From positions 1 to 64,000 of the forward strand of contig NW_027271546.1 in assembly GCF_040938485.1 (NCBI RefSeq): a stretch of 64,000 nucleotides of DNA, read 5' to 3'. Of the stretch, positions 49,401 to 61,280 are shown piece after piece (the stretch's first letter is position 1; every line of letters starts with the position of its first letter). The stretch comes from Diadema antillarum (Eukaryota). The notes beneath the pieces were generated by a model. That model searched no databases, had not been told where the DNA came from, and saw nothing but the letters and a program-made list of their open reading frames with translations. The translations under genes were made by a program, and so were the position numbers.

Positions 49401-52400
49401 GGAAGTGAATGTGTCCTGTTCTCTGTGTGGACAAAAAGGCTGTAGGAATCCAGGATTGGGAAGATCAGACCAAGCAACGGGTTGTCTCAGGGAATGGCTG
49501 AGTCCATCAGGTTTGTTCTCTCCTGGTTTTAGATCTGTCCTTGGTTGAGGCAAGCAAGCAGAGGGAATACTCATTTGGCCACATGCTATTGAAATGCATT
49601 AGCGCCATCAATCAGCTTGTTACCAGTATTTGAGTGTGCTTCAGCGAGCCAAAAAATTAAGAATGGAGAATTAGACGATGCTCAACATCCAGACATGGGG
49701 CAGAGCAGTGTTTATGATTGGTCAGTGGCTGAAGAAGCAGTTATGTATTGCACATGTGATGATTGAATAGTCAAAGATAGTAATACATGGAACTTTAATC
49801 CACCGTCATTCAAATAGAGGAATTCCCTTCTAGATTCAGTGTATGTCTTTGGAACAAAGTCTTTTTTGATATCGTACAGAACTTACAGGTGAAGTACTTT
49901 ATTTTGCTATAGTGTATATCCCCCCTTTCGTGAATTGTTTGTGCCAATATTTTGAGTCTAGAGTGCTGATGCTCAAGCCATATTCAAGTTTTCATTACAT
50001 TTTTGGCTGAAACAAATGATTAAAAATCTGAAAAGCGCACAAGGCTAAAACAAGCTAATGTTTCTGACGTCCATTAATCCAGGTATTTTGAAGCAGACCA
50101 CTTTCTATACTGCAGAAGATTTGAGTCAGCGTGTGTATGAGAGTCAGTGTGAACTCGGCTCAAGTCAAGACTCAGACAGTGACATAGAAATCGATGTCAT
50201 CAGCTATGGGGACCCTACCAAACGATTAAAGATCAAGACAGAGGGAGACGAAAAGCTCCAGCTGAAATGCTTCATGCCACCAAGCGAGGGCGCCAGATAT
50301 GTCCAGGATGCTGCACAAAAGGTGTGTAGTGTGCTGTGTGTCTTGTTGTTTCTTTGTCTCATCAACGCAGCCATTTGTCAGACCATGAAATTGTCTTACA
50401 AGTTGAAATGTATTGCTTGAGTGTTTCCTTTATCTCATAGCATAAAAAGGGAAGACGTACTACATCCGTGATTGTATTGTGTGTAGTGATGGAATAAAAT
50501 TGCTTTGAGTCCAGTTTATCTTGATCGCGTACATTAACAAAAAAGTACCATTATAGCCTGCATAATTTTCTTATGTCTATGTACGTTGTAGGTAGCTTTA
50601 AAATCATTTGATTAATGCTTCTCTTTTTTAAGTATCTTAGCTGTATGGTATTGCATGCTATCAGTGTCTCTGATAATGTGTGGAAATGAAGTCATGAAAA
50701 AAAAACAAAAAACTAAACAAAACCAGAAGTTTTCATTAACTGTTAATTGATATTTCATTATTTCATTTTGAACAGCATTATCTGGCATTGTGGTTGATTT
50801 CCATGTACTGTATAGTACAGTCATTCTGAATAGATTCTCAGCATCAAATTCTTTAATCTGGCAAAATATGATGTGAGATATTGACTGTCATGGTGCTGTA
50901 AGATGCAGTGAAGTCTATTGAGTGTGACACATCCTAGAGAAGATGTGTTGTGAAGAAGTGCTGGCTATATCCATTGTGTCTGCGTTATACATCCTGCAAC
51001 CCAACAAAAGCCTGGTTGATATTCACCGTAAATGTTTAGCTTTGGGGAATTAATCTGCATACAAATGATGCACAGGTCTGAGTGCGTCAGTGGGAATTGT
51101 ATGCATAAGGTAACTATGGAATTGTTTATGGACTAGATTCCTTGGTTCTCGCTGCATGCACATTATTCCTGCTGATGCTCATATGCATTACCTGTTTTAT
51201 AGAACAGTGGGCATTTTTTCCCCCCAGAATCCATTGTTTTAATCATATGTCCACTAATTACCAACATTTGGCAAATTTACTGCATGAAATTCCTTTGGGC
51301 TTGCCATAGATGGAACTGTACATCAGGATACTGGATGCAAAATAAATTTACTGGATGGATGGCCAGCCATCTCTTGCTAAGTGCACAAACTGTTGCTACA
51401 TGTGACTACTGGATGCGTGACTAGCCATTGCTATGTGTGCGAAAACATGCTTAGTGACCAAACTCTTTTGTTATAAGTACTGGATAGTATGATTCTAGTG
51501 TAGTATCGCCAGTGATCACTCTGATGACTTGATATCGAACGTGCAGCGAGTGAGAATGGATGCATGGTTCTCCACCCATAAGATTGCAGAAGTTTAGTGA
51601 CTTGTTTCATGATAACTTTGTGTATGAACTGCAACACTATTTCTCTTCTCTGCAGATTGGTGTACACTTGAAGCCTGTCCAAGTTTGTGAAGACACTTTT
51701 TCACCTGTCATACAGGAGATGATATTTGTAGTAAGTGGACACTTTTCAGCATCTTTCATTCTCTTATCACTTTAACATGATATCTCCTTGTTACAACAAT
51801 CATAGAAATCAAGTGCATGATGAAATTATTTCATTTGGGTTGGCAGCTTTTCAAGCGGCTCTCTGCCTTTCTTTAAAGACTGGAGCTGGTCATTGAATGC
51901 ATCTCCAACTCTCCAAAGGAATTGTTTGAGATGATATTAACCCGTTGAGGACAAGTCCTGAGTATAACTCAGGCAGGTGTTTATGGGAAATACATGTTGT
52001 AGCAAAATCAGCCCGTCCTCAACGAGTTAAAAGAGCTTCTTATACATCACAATGAGGAGTTCCTTTCAGTCCATACAATACAAGTTTTTATTAGGTTCTT
52101 GGTTGCCAGCTCCTATGAAACCAAACATCCCCAGGAGTGGGGTTGAACAGCATGGCATTGGCAGGAGTGAAGCAAGAATACATTGTAATGAGAGCACGTC
52201 GCTGGTTGAGAATGAGAAGGGCGTTAAGTTGTCTCGAACACTATTGGTTTAGTGGCAACTTGACACCCTTCTCATTCTCACCTGACGACATGTAGGAGAG
52301 ATGGGTGTCAGGTGATCGGCAGAAAGTGAAATGTTACAGAGCAGTGCTATGAGAAAATGGAGGCTGCATTGTGCTGAAAGGGATGATTGCCTTTTCTAGA

Positions 52401-55400
52401 AGCCTGTTGATACTGAATGGAATATCATTTCCAACTGAACTTTGTACAGAATTCTTTTAGTATTGAGCCACAATTTGTGACACTAGTTAGGTCTAGGGGC
52501 ATTCAGGTAATGTTTTTCACATGTCTGCATCATCCAATTAGCATAGACCAATCCAGATTTCAGATCACTTGTACAGATTTAAGGTGCTTGTGCACTCTTT
52601 TCATCACTTCCATGATGCCTCATAAAGGTCACTAAAGGTCACCCACTATTGAGGTAGCTTGAAGCCAGTGTGAGAGAAAATTTGAAACCTGTATTGGCTT
52701 TTTTCTTCTCTTTTGTGTTTTCAAGGACTCAATATGGAGAGAATATGCTTGTTTCACATACAGTACCAAAGTTCATGATATGAGTTCAATATTTCGTAGG
52801 ATGTCATTGTCTTGACTCACATTATTTTCCTCCCAGGCGACCAGACAGTTTCTCAGTGATGTCGTCAGAGGTGCCTTGGCCAAAAGCTATGGGGGTCGTG
52901 AGGATTGCAGGTATGCATTTTTATCCCAGATTAATAGCTATAAAACTAGAAATTTTTGTATGCATGAAGAAACATTAATGAATTTCGGGAGGAGTGAAGA
53001 ATTACAAATGTAAAATGTATGCGAGAGTCTAACATATCCCTGTACTAGGAGTACATACATTATACTCATGATTTTTTTCATAGTCAGCAATTTGCAAAAG
53101 TTTCATACTATGAAAAAAGCTGTCGGCTCCAATTCAGGGAAGTTTCATGCCTGGAATGTTTCTGGTTTTACAGCCTACTCAAGATTTGAACCCCGGTGTA
53201 TGATTTGACTCTCTACTGATTGGAAATAAAACAAAAATAAATGTCATCTCATGCATATGCTTCAAACCTTAACAAAGTATTTTGAGACTGCTCTACAACA
53301 TGAAGTTTTTATCTCACTCACAAATCTGTTTTGTTTGTCAGTTTGAATCTTTTTCTACTGTCAGTCATTAAGGCATATGTCAACATTGAAACACACACTT
53401 CAAAACTAAGTTAGCTATTGCTGCCCAATACTGACTTGCATGTACTGTATACGCCATATATTTCGCGAGTCTAGATTTTCGTGAATTGGGGATTCTGGAC
53501 GATTTCGCGATTGTGGAGTCTAGAACTGAACGGAGAAATGTACACGCGTACATCACATCGACATCGGGATCAGAGTCAATATTTTCGCGTGTCTTTAATT
53601 TCGCGAATAGCACCTGACTCGCGAAATTCGCAAAAATAAAAACCTCGCGAAATATTCGGCGTATACAGTAATGTAGTGATCTGCAGTTGAATAATCTAGT
53701 CAGCAGTCTTGTGTAAGCTGGTGTCTGTGAGCTGCTGCTGCCGCCAAATCTTGTGTTGCTGTATTAGGGTTGTTTCCGCAGCTAGTTCACTCAACAAAAT
53801 GTTGTCCTTGAAACCAAGTTCGCTGTGGACGTAGAATGAAGACATGTTGGCTATTGTGATGAGACATGTGTCACTTCTGCAGCCAGACTGAAGTGTTCAC
53901 TATTGTGCATAATATAGAAAGTAAACATTGCCAACCAGTGTGGAAAGCTTGTCTTGCTGAAACTGTTTACATTAAAGGCCCCAACAATGGATTGCATGAG
54001 GATAGACTCTAGTTTTTCTTTCACTGTCTTAATTTAGTCGCAAGGCAGATTTTCTTGCACAACCACCAGCAATGTGTGAAATGTAAAATTGCGATTTGAC
54101 AAAGGGAAGATGGCTTTAAAAGTAATCTTAGTCTGCCTGTTCATACTGTCCTTTATCTGGTCTGGAATTCCCTGTAAAAATTAATCTATATGAATTCAGT
54201 CTATCTTTAAACAGATCTAAATGATATATCAATGCTCCTATTAACTCTAAATTGTTGTTTGATAATAATAATAACCAATGTTTATATACCGTAGCACCTT
54301 TTCTGTATAGACTCATAGCACTTCAGAAATTTCAACAAAATACAAGAAATGAAGAATATTTACTAAAAACAGAAGAGAGAAAGAACAAAACAAAACAAAA
54401 CAAACAAACAATGACTTTAAACTTTATTGATGTAGATAAACACTGAATAATCAGCGTTTATCTCAGTTAAGGGCAATTTGTCAATCAGTTGCAATAAAAA
54501 ACAACTCTACGCAAAAATCCTTACTTTGACTAACTCTCCCATAACCAGTGCTGATCTGTCTTCTATCCATCGCTAATGACATTTTGAGCTGACAGCTCTA
54601 AGGAGGTTAGAGTTACCTGTTATCTTGTCACATGGTCTCTGAAGTGCAGAGAGAAACCTTGCCATGGCAGTACTATATACACTATATGACAGATATGTTG
54701 ACTGGGTCTGGATTTATGCTCAGTCCTGGTGCTAGGTTCAGTCCCATTCTCAGGACACATGAATTAGGTGGAAACATATTTCAGTCAAAATTGATGTTTC
54801 ATGGACACAATGCTTAGAGAAAAAAAAATTGAGCTATCTATCCGCCTATCATAAGTGAGTGAAAATTGCCCTCACTTAGAGAGGCTGCTGTTTGTAGATG
54901 TCCTGTACTTACTGAGTACACACACATTCTTACTAATTACTTCTGTCCGTGGTGTTCAGTCCATAATCCCTTTACAAACGCTAGTACTGTTCTTCGTTGA
55001 CATTGTATTCAGGTCTGCTGTTCATCGAATGCATATTATTGCAGCCACTCTTCGCACATTCAATATGTCCCCACTTTATATTGATATATGTATCTATATG
55101 TTTGGTTTTTTTTTTATTACCTCCGCCAAGGGGGGAGGTTATGTTTTCGTTACCGTTTGTTTGTTAGTTAGTTAGTTTGTCCGTGTGGAAAATAACTCAA
55201 AAAGTAGTCAACGGATGTGGATGAAACTTACAGGAAAGGTTGAGAATGATACAAGTAACAGATGATTAAATTTTGGTAGTGATCCAAGAATTTGGGGGGA
55301 ATTTATGAAGGATTTTTTATATTGTGGCAGGTAGGGTCAATGAACTTGGGAGTTCAGGCTGCGCGTATTTGAGGTTTGCATGCACGCACTAAAGTGCGTG

Positions 55401-57423
55401 CTCTAGTTTCTGCTAGAGCGAGGCGCACCGTGCAGCTGAGGGTTTATGACATAACAAAGGCTTCTATATTGGGAAATCAGGCGACTTTCAGCACACAATG
55501 CTTTCAGTATGTATGGATGGAAATCACTGATATCTCTATGGAAGAACAAGATCAGTGGGGGAAATAAGCTGCATGCATGGCGGAGGTCTGCACTATCAGA
55601 GTGCTTCTCTAGTTTTATTTATTCATTCATTTTGATATACAACATGTATTCATAATTTTTTTGGGGGGGAGGGGATCAGGTAGTAGTGAAGAATCTACAT
55701 ACTTAGTATCAGCATTGTGTCCTGATGTAGGGATGACAGCAGTGGAATTATTCAAACATTTAAATGAAGATGTGCCATTCAGTTTTGTTTAGGTTTTTTT
55801 TTTTCCTGTATGCACTGACTTTACAATGGTTTTATTTCACACGTAACTCTACTTTTGAGTTAAGTGTGTTTGAGTTAAGTGTGTAAACACAGCAAGTTTC
55901 ATTCAGTTCATATTTTGAATTTTTGGCACACATGGAGACGTGAAAGAAGAACAGATGATTCATATTCAGTGTCTGGATAATTATTTGTCATCACATAGCT
56001 TGGATTATTAATTCATCAAGATGAAGACCATGTATTTGCTCTATATTGCTTGTGACAAGGAAATATGTTGGTTCTATTTGTTGGGTTGGGCCCTCTGTAG
56101 AGACATCCTTTGATGTATGCAATATGCCTTTTTATGTGTAAAGGCGTGATGACAAATTGCATTTTGCATGACACTAATTGCTGCTCACTTGAGATTTAAT
56201 TTGCATGAAGCCTTCACTTAAAGTTGCTAAAAGGCTTGAGCTTGAAACCTGTGGAGTTGAATGTCAACTAGAATACCTCTTATGGATAGTTTCAGTTTCA
56301 TCCGTCATACAAAATCCCTGTACATCACTCTCAGAAAGAACTCTGTGTGTTTCATAGTAGTGTTGTATTGTTCACCCTACAGTAAATATGTCTCAAATAT
56401 CACCGAGTAATTTTTAATCAAACTCATGAGTTTTAATACTTTACTATATTAGGTAACTTGAGAATTGTTTATCATTTCATGATGTGATGAGATTTTTGGT
56501 ACCCTGAGATACCAAATAGAAATCTTCATTTTGTTGAATTATGATTATGATTATCTCTTTTTTTTATCACTGTACCCTTGTTTACCCCCAAAATGGGTAA
56601 AAGCAATTTATGCTGCTTTATGCAGGAAGATTTTGTAGCCCTGATATACAAAAAACTCTGTGGATTCCTTTGTAATTATGGATCGTGGGTCTCCAAATAT
56701 AAATAGGAAATAAAATTCTGTTAATTATCAAAAATAGAATTCTAAGTGTCAGTTCCTTTGAATTGATACTGTAATGCTGCAGTTAAAATGTATGTACCGG
56801 TATTTCCTTTCATTCCCTCAAAACTCTGTAACTTTAGCAAGTTCTTTTTGCCATCAAAATCAATGATATTGTTTGAAAGGATCAGAAATTAGCTACCATT
56901 ACTTGCACAAATCAGGTGAGCTGATGTAACTTTTTCCCTAATCCCTTAATTATTATTCATAAAAAAAAAAATATTATTGTTCACATGTTAAACCTGCCAT
57001 AACAGTACTGAGTTGGTATTGGGGTCATTATTGCTGATTGCTAAAATTTGGCTGCCATAATAGCAATGTGCAACTGTACATCTTAAGGACACAAGATGGC
57101 GCTACACAGTGCCATAACCCAGGGTGGGATGGTACCCCAGGTTACAGCGTGCTACATCATATGTTCATAAAGACACCAAATTCTGTGTTTATATACACAT
57201 GCATAGGTACTTCTATCTAATATTTGTACTAAAAGCAGAATTGGATATTTTTCACTGTGCTTGTTGTTTTCTTGTTTGTACTTTTCACTACAGGCTTCCT
57301 GATGAAATCTTGCCTCTCCATGTCCACCAATCAGTAGCCAGCATGCAATCATGTGACTTCCTCACCAACAAGCACCTCGGTGTGGCTGCCACCGCATCTC
57401 ACACTGCTACCGAATCGCAGTGA
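36516..57423 (+). CDS. YEATS2: YEATS domain-containing protein 2 (ATAC complex acyl-lysine reader), 17 coding exons, 1639 aa
   Basis: Exons 36516-36630, 38298-38395, 39227-39322, 39799-40062, 40446-40564, 41459-41620, 41884-41995, 42465-42509, 43022-43397, 43876-44790, 45806-47563, 48848-49066, 49388-49510, 50083-50321, 51656-51730, 52837-52910 and 57294-57423. All are GT-AG and phase-consistent (4920 nt). YEATS2 hallmarks: [83 protein letters not shown]. Confidence 0.95.
36797..36867 (-). pseudogene. tRNA-derived SINE head / pseudo-tRNA in YEATS2 intron 1
   Basis: Minus strand TAGCTCAGTTGGTAGAGC (A box) and GTATTCGAATCC (degenerate B box). The acceptor, anticodon and T stems do not pair. 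Confidence 0.65.
37013..38024 (+). mobile_element. HINE/Pearl-like Helentron-associated element (second family)
   Basis: T-run start TTTTATGTCTCCCC, (GTCC)n microsatellite at 37065-37086, repeated AAGGTCAAAGGTCA cores, 3' GGCGGAGGCATA and a small hairpin GTCACCATAGCGAC. Confidence 0.7.
38298..38395 (+). CDS. YEATS2: YEATS2 exon 2 (coiled coil)
   Basis: [33 protein letters not shown]. Confidence 0.9.
39227..39322 (+). CDS. YEATS2: YEATS2 exon 3
   Basis: [25 protein letters not shown]. Confidence 0.9.
39799..40062 (+). CDS. YEATS2: YEATS2 exon 4
   Basis: [18 protein letters not shown]...PRNLGQ, phase 0 to 0. Confidence 0.85.
40446..40564 (+). CDS. YEATS2: YEATS2 exon 5 (start of the YEATS domain)
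   Basis: ...[16 protein letters not shown]. Confidence 0.9.
41459..41620 (+). CDS. YEATS2: YEATS2 exon 6 (YEATS domain)
   Basis: [23 protein letters not shown]...[17 protein letters not shown]. Confidence 0.95.
41884..41995 (+). CDS. YEATS2: YEATS2 exon 7 (YEATS domain)
   Basis: [37 protein letters not shown]. Confidence 0.95.
42465..42509 (+). CDS. YEATS2: YEATS2 exon 8 (45 nt)
   Basis: [15 protein letters not shown]. Confidence 0.95.
42551..42768. mobile_element. Old foldback MITE in YEATS2 intron 8
   Basis: CAACTCGACTTACCTGTGAAAATCA vs TGATTTTCACAGGTAAGTCCAGTTG. Inner arms are also complementary. Confidence 0.7.
43022..43397 (+). CDS. YEATS2: YEATS2 exon 9
   Basis: [11 protein letters not shown] followed by an S/P-rich region, donor G|GTAAGT. 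Confidence 0.9.
43876..44790 (+). CDS. YEATS2: YEATS2 exon 10 (low complexity)
   Basis: Inside ORF 43770..45011. Phase 1 to 1. Contains [12 protein letters not shown]. Confidence 0.85.
45806..47563 (+). CDS. YEATS2: YEATS2 exon 11 (1758 nt)
   Basis: Inside ORF 45778..47733. Acceptor TTTCCACAG, donor G|GTGAGA. Ends IKQEP...[16 protein letters not shown]. Confidence 0.85.
48273..48348. mobile_element. About 80-bp piggyBac-like mini-MITE, copy A
   Basis: TTGA-CCCATTGAGGACG...CGTCCACAACGGG-TTAA. Confidence 0.7.
48848..49066 (+). CDS. YEATS2: YEATS2 exon 12
   Basis: [25 protein letters not shown]...[12 protein letters not shown]. Confidence 0.95.
49388..49510 (+). CDS. YEATS2: YEATS2 exon 13 (Cys cluster)
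   Basis: [23 protein letters not shown]...[10 protein letters not shown]. 123 nt, phase 1 to 1. Confidence 0.7.
50083..50321 (+). CDS. YEATS2: YEATS2 exon 14
   Basis: ...[11 protein letters not shown]...LKIKTE...YVQDAAQK. Confidence 0.9.
51656..51730 (+). CDS. YEATS2: YEATS2 exon 15
   Basis: [25 protein letters not shown]. Confidence 0.9.
51941..52026. mobile_element. About 85-bp piggyBac-like mini-MITE, copy B
   Basis: TTAA-CCCGTTGAGGAC...GTCCTCAACGAG-TTAA. Confidence 0.8.
52198..52289 (+). other. 92-nt stem-loop in YEATS2 intron 15
   Basis: 36-nt arms with 33/36 positions paired as plus-strand RNA (including 4 G-U), 20-nt loop region. Confidence 0.7.
52837..52910 (+). CDS. YEATS2: YEATS2 exon 16
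   Basis: [24 protein letters not shown], phase 0 to 2. Confidence 0.9.
53445..53668. mobile_element. Tc1/pogo-type MITE with TA TSD
   Basis: TA-CTGTATACGCC.TATATTTCGCGAG at the left end and CTCGCGAAATATTCGGCGTATACAG-TA at the right end. Internal TTTCGCG repeats. Confidence 0.85.
55113..55614 (+). mobile_element. HINE/DINE-like element (third family)
   Basis: Subterminal inverted repeats ACCTCCGCCA (55119-55128) and TGGCGGAGGT (55578-55587), (GTTA/GTTT)n microsatellite, 3' hairpin GCACT-ATCAG-AGTGC, inserted in a T-run. Confidence 0.8.
57294..57423 (+). CDS. YEATS2: YEATS2 exon 17 (terminal)
   Basis: [31 protein letters not shown]...*. Confidence 0.9.
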
Positions 57424-58218
57424 ATAGTTTCATCGGGTACAGCTAGTGGATGGAAAAGTTACTGATGCAAGGTTGCCGTGGTAACACTCATGACGAATGT
57501 TGGTAGGAGGTCATAGGATTTGTCATCTTATGATATCAGATGTTTGGAAGAGGAATTGAGGAACTGGAGGTGTGAGGATCAACCTCCTGATACAGTCAAA
57601 TTTGAAATGTAAGGATGGAGACAGGTGAAAGTTGAAGAGTTCATGTGTCATGTGCTGGTTGCCATGCCAACAGTGTTAGAGAAGGGAGAATTTAGGAAGA
57701 GGAGTTATATAGAGGCACTGCATCCCATGTTTAGATCACCCTTTGCACAGAGTAGCAGCAAGAATAATACCTTGAGTATGTGTGAACTTAGGAGCTGAAT
57801 TGGAAATTATTAGTGAGTCTGCTTGTGAAGTTTGACTTATTTGAAGAGATGATGCTGAGAGAGTGTAAGATAAGACAAGTGTGCAAATGTGTGATATATG
57901 TTGCAACAATAACATGTGTTCCAGAGGATTTGGGGGGGGGGGGGGGGGGTCATGGGAAGGGACGAGTAAGGTAGGGAAGGGAATGGAGAGTGTTATGTGA
58001 CACCTCTGGTTTCGGTCAAGTAGAGTTCAGGGGGGGTTGGAACCTATGGAAGCTGTACAAGCTCTCTTATCCGATTGACTCCTTGTGATGTTTTCATGAA
58101 TATGAACATGAAAGAAAGTCAGCCAATTAGACTAACATCCAAACTGATATAACTTGAGCTGGAGGTGAAGTGCTGCTTGGATTGGTACACATCCATCCAT
58201 TCATCCATCATGATTGAC

Positions 58219-58766
58219 CTTAACCCATTCTGCATTTCTTGGAGAGCCTTCAATGTCCCAAAACAAGATTCTTTTTGCAGGTCGTCAGAGAATGGACAGG
58301 TTGGTAATCCACCTGTGCGAAAGCAGTCAAGCATTGCATGTATCCCCTTTCCACAGTCAACTACATGTGCCATTGAACAATGAAAATATCAATCGGGCAT
58401 GAGGTATGAATAGAGCATGCGCTGATGGACTCTTAAACTCCTTTGTTATACACTCGAGAGGCACCTGAATGGGGACAGCGAAAATCAAAATCTACCGAGC
58501 TCAGCCTTCGTCGCTATGTACATCTTCATACAAGTTTTTAGTAAAACAAGTGCACACTTCGTTGGAAAAAAAGAAAAATTAGGCAAATATACACACAGTT
58601 TTCATACAAAAAGAGAACAGATGTTGATAGAAGAAGCTTTAATCTTTCTATCAAAGCCATTTTTCCGGCAGCGTAACACAAATTTCCATGAATTTAGGCC
58701 ATGAATGCAGACAGTCTTGTCTACATTATACATTTTTGGGAACCTGGTGTGCCAGGTTCCCATAAG
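58219..58766. repeat. Old interspersed repeat, copy 2 (same orientation as 10275-11010)
   Basis: Shares the colinear blocks listed for copy 1. ORFs 10226..10429 and 58119..58373 translate to similar peptides. Confidence 0.75.
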
Positions 58767-58873
58767 AATGGGTTTGATAATCAATGCAATCAGGTGGAAG
58801 ATTCTTTTTAGATTTCCAAAAACTTCTCATGGAAGGGATGTGTACAGTGCCCATTTTACAGATCTCACATTAA

Positions 58874-59237
58874 AGGGGATGGCTAGTAACTGATCAGTGG
58901 GAATCAGTGGGAATGCTGGGGGATGATTGTGCCAATCCTTGTGGGATTCATTTGATAGTACATTATATATCTATTATTGTGTGAAAATTATTTGCTTCAG
59001 AATGGTCTCGTATTCAAGCAATGTGTAGTTTAATGTTTCCAGGTTAGTATGCCTGTACAGTGACAGGGCGATCGTTAACGATTAACTGCACATTACTTGA
59101 ATATGAAACCATTCTGAAGCAAATAATTTTCTCACAACAGTAGATATATAATATACTCTTAAATGAATCCAAGGATTGGAACAATCATCCCCCAGCATTC
59201 CCACTGATTCCCACTGATCAGTTACTAGCCATCCCCT
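58874..59237. mobile_element. Kolobok-like MITE with TTAA TSD and 68-bp TIR
   Basis: TTAA-AGGGGATGGCTAGTAACTGATCAGTGGGAATC at the left end and the reverse complement followed by TTAA at the right end. One mismatch in 68 bp. Confidence 0.9.
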
Positions 59238-60656
59238 TTAAGTCTTGCTAATGACACCCAATGGTCAGTAGCAACAGAGCTTCTGTGACGTCCTGTTTTG
59301 TTTGATTGCAGTTTAAAGTATTGAATCATGTAGAGGTATGATATAAGGAGGATATCAGATTCCCTTTCTCCAAGGACAGAGGTATAGGAGCATTAGGCAA
59401 TGCATGTAGGGCAGTGGAGAAGTTTGCAGCTTCAAGAATAATGTGTGAATGTGATAGTTTGGAAAAGCAAGCAGTCATTTGAGACTGATAATGATGAATT
59501 AGTCTATAAAGCTGAAGTAACAAAATCACAATGAAATGAAAGCATACAGCACTGTGCCCTTTATTTATCTGCTTAATGGATTATGTTGAGTAATATTGTA
59601 AGCATACTAGATGCACAAATATAACAAAGAAAAGATAATTACATCTGAATAGGAATCCACAATGAGGGACTCGGATGATGCGGTGGCAGATTTCAAAGCT
59701 GTCCCCATCCTATGTGCATGAAGGACTGCTACTAGGAAAATACTTATACCAATACTCATAGTCCATGAAAAGTTTACAATAAAAAGTACACCTCAGTGTA
59801 TGTGTTTTCATTGTACAGTACAATGCAATGAAAGCAAAGACTATAAATGGATTTATGCTCTGAATGGTTTTCATTTTGAAGGTGATGGCAAAGTTGACAA
59901 AGACCCTGCCCAAACTCTGCAAAGTGTATTCAACGCCTAGGATTTCGAGAAGAAAGAAGAAGCTGTACTAAAATTCAGTCATTGCTTGACCAAGAAATGC
60001 TGATCTGTGTCATGTAGACCTTCATGTCATGGTCATGCAGTTTCAAAAGTAATTGATGTAGTACAAGAACAAATTACATAGATACACTAAACATTTGTCA
60101 TAATAGCTGTCATGATTAACTGCAAGCTGTGAAGGGTCACACAAGTGTTCATACACAACAACTGGTGATCACTCTCGTGGTGTGAGTTTCAGTGATTCCA
60201 ACAGCTCTCTTACCTCTATAGCAAGCTGATTAGAAACTCATTATCCCATCACCCTATCCTCCTCAGTGCTTCTTCTTTGAACAAGTACTATCCATGCATT
60301 TTGAAAATTAACCAGAAGTCATATCTGCTAGCGAAGATAATTTTAGTGGCTATATATGGAAATCTTCTGTGTTCATAACTTGTTGAACTTTTCAAAAGTG
60401 AAAGCTGTTTTCCAAAAACCATCTCCTTATGTCAAGTAGCAGTTGCACCCATCTGATGCAGAGTTAAGATGACTCTGGTTTATACATCCTTCCTTCCTTG
60501 TTTTTCCCTTGACAGTTCATGTAGGTTGGTACTCTTGAACAGTCTGTAATTTGTCTCTTAATGAGACTATCATGTAGTCTTGAACTGCCTTCTTTCTCAG
60601 TAAGAGTAGCTACAATCATGTGAGCATAGTAAAGCTTGAATGGACTATGATTACTA

Positions 60657-60810
60657 CTGTAAAACCAAAAATATTTGTGGCATGAAATTTTCATGAATTG
60701 CCACTGGCATTTAATGCATATAGTGTAGACAAGAACTTTCACATGCATTTCAAATTTTTTTCGCGAATCTTGGCTCCTTGTGAGATTTGCAGAAATTTCC
60801 AGTTTTACAG
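60657..60810. mobile_element. Degenerate TA-TSD MITE
   Basis: TA-CTGTAAAAC and GTTTTACAG-TA. The interior resembles the 53445 family. Confidence 0.55.
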
Positions 60811-61280
60811 TATGTGGATGTATCATGTCGCCTCAAACCTAGAAGAAAGTTTGTTAATATTCAAGATTTTCTGAAAGTGTTCCTCTGAATTAAGTTGGCA
60901 GACAGCTATGTTCAATCTCCGAGTATGTTGCAGTTTATTGTCCACCCAATACATGATGTACTGTTTAGAATGAACCTTTCTTATACTTTCTTATACAACT
61001 GTGTTATTGTCATTCGGCTTGTACAGTAGGTTCTAGGTTTCTTTACAATTTCTTCACAGATTAGAACAGCATGATATGGGAGCTGGCTTAATGCCAAACA
61101 CTTGAGGTGAAAATCCTCTGCAGAGTGCTCATAGATATTGCTGCATTCTTGATCTTTGACACACTAAATGCACCAATGAGGTAACACCTAAAAAGTGGTT
61201 GTAATGATTTATACAGTGTAGTCATATACTGCATGTGTTGTTGTTTTTTTTTTGCCTTTGATTATAATAACTATGATTAA

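Noticed and set aside
56150-56210. Octamer (ATTTGCAT) and TAATT cluster as an enhancer
   Set aside because: Such motifs are expected by chance in AT-rich DNA, and no conservation data are available.
56486-56510. C/D-box snoRNA (GTGATGA...CTGA) in a YEATS2 intron
   Set aside because: The boxes are only about 13 nt apart with no terminal stem. No other convincing snoRNA was seen.
59880-60000. Protein-like frame GDGKVDKDPAQTLQSVFNA*DFEKKEE
   Set aside because: Interrupted by a stop and no recognisable family. It could be a decayed element, but I cannot support a call.
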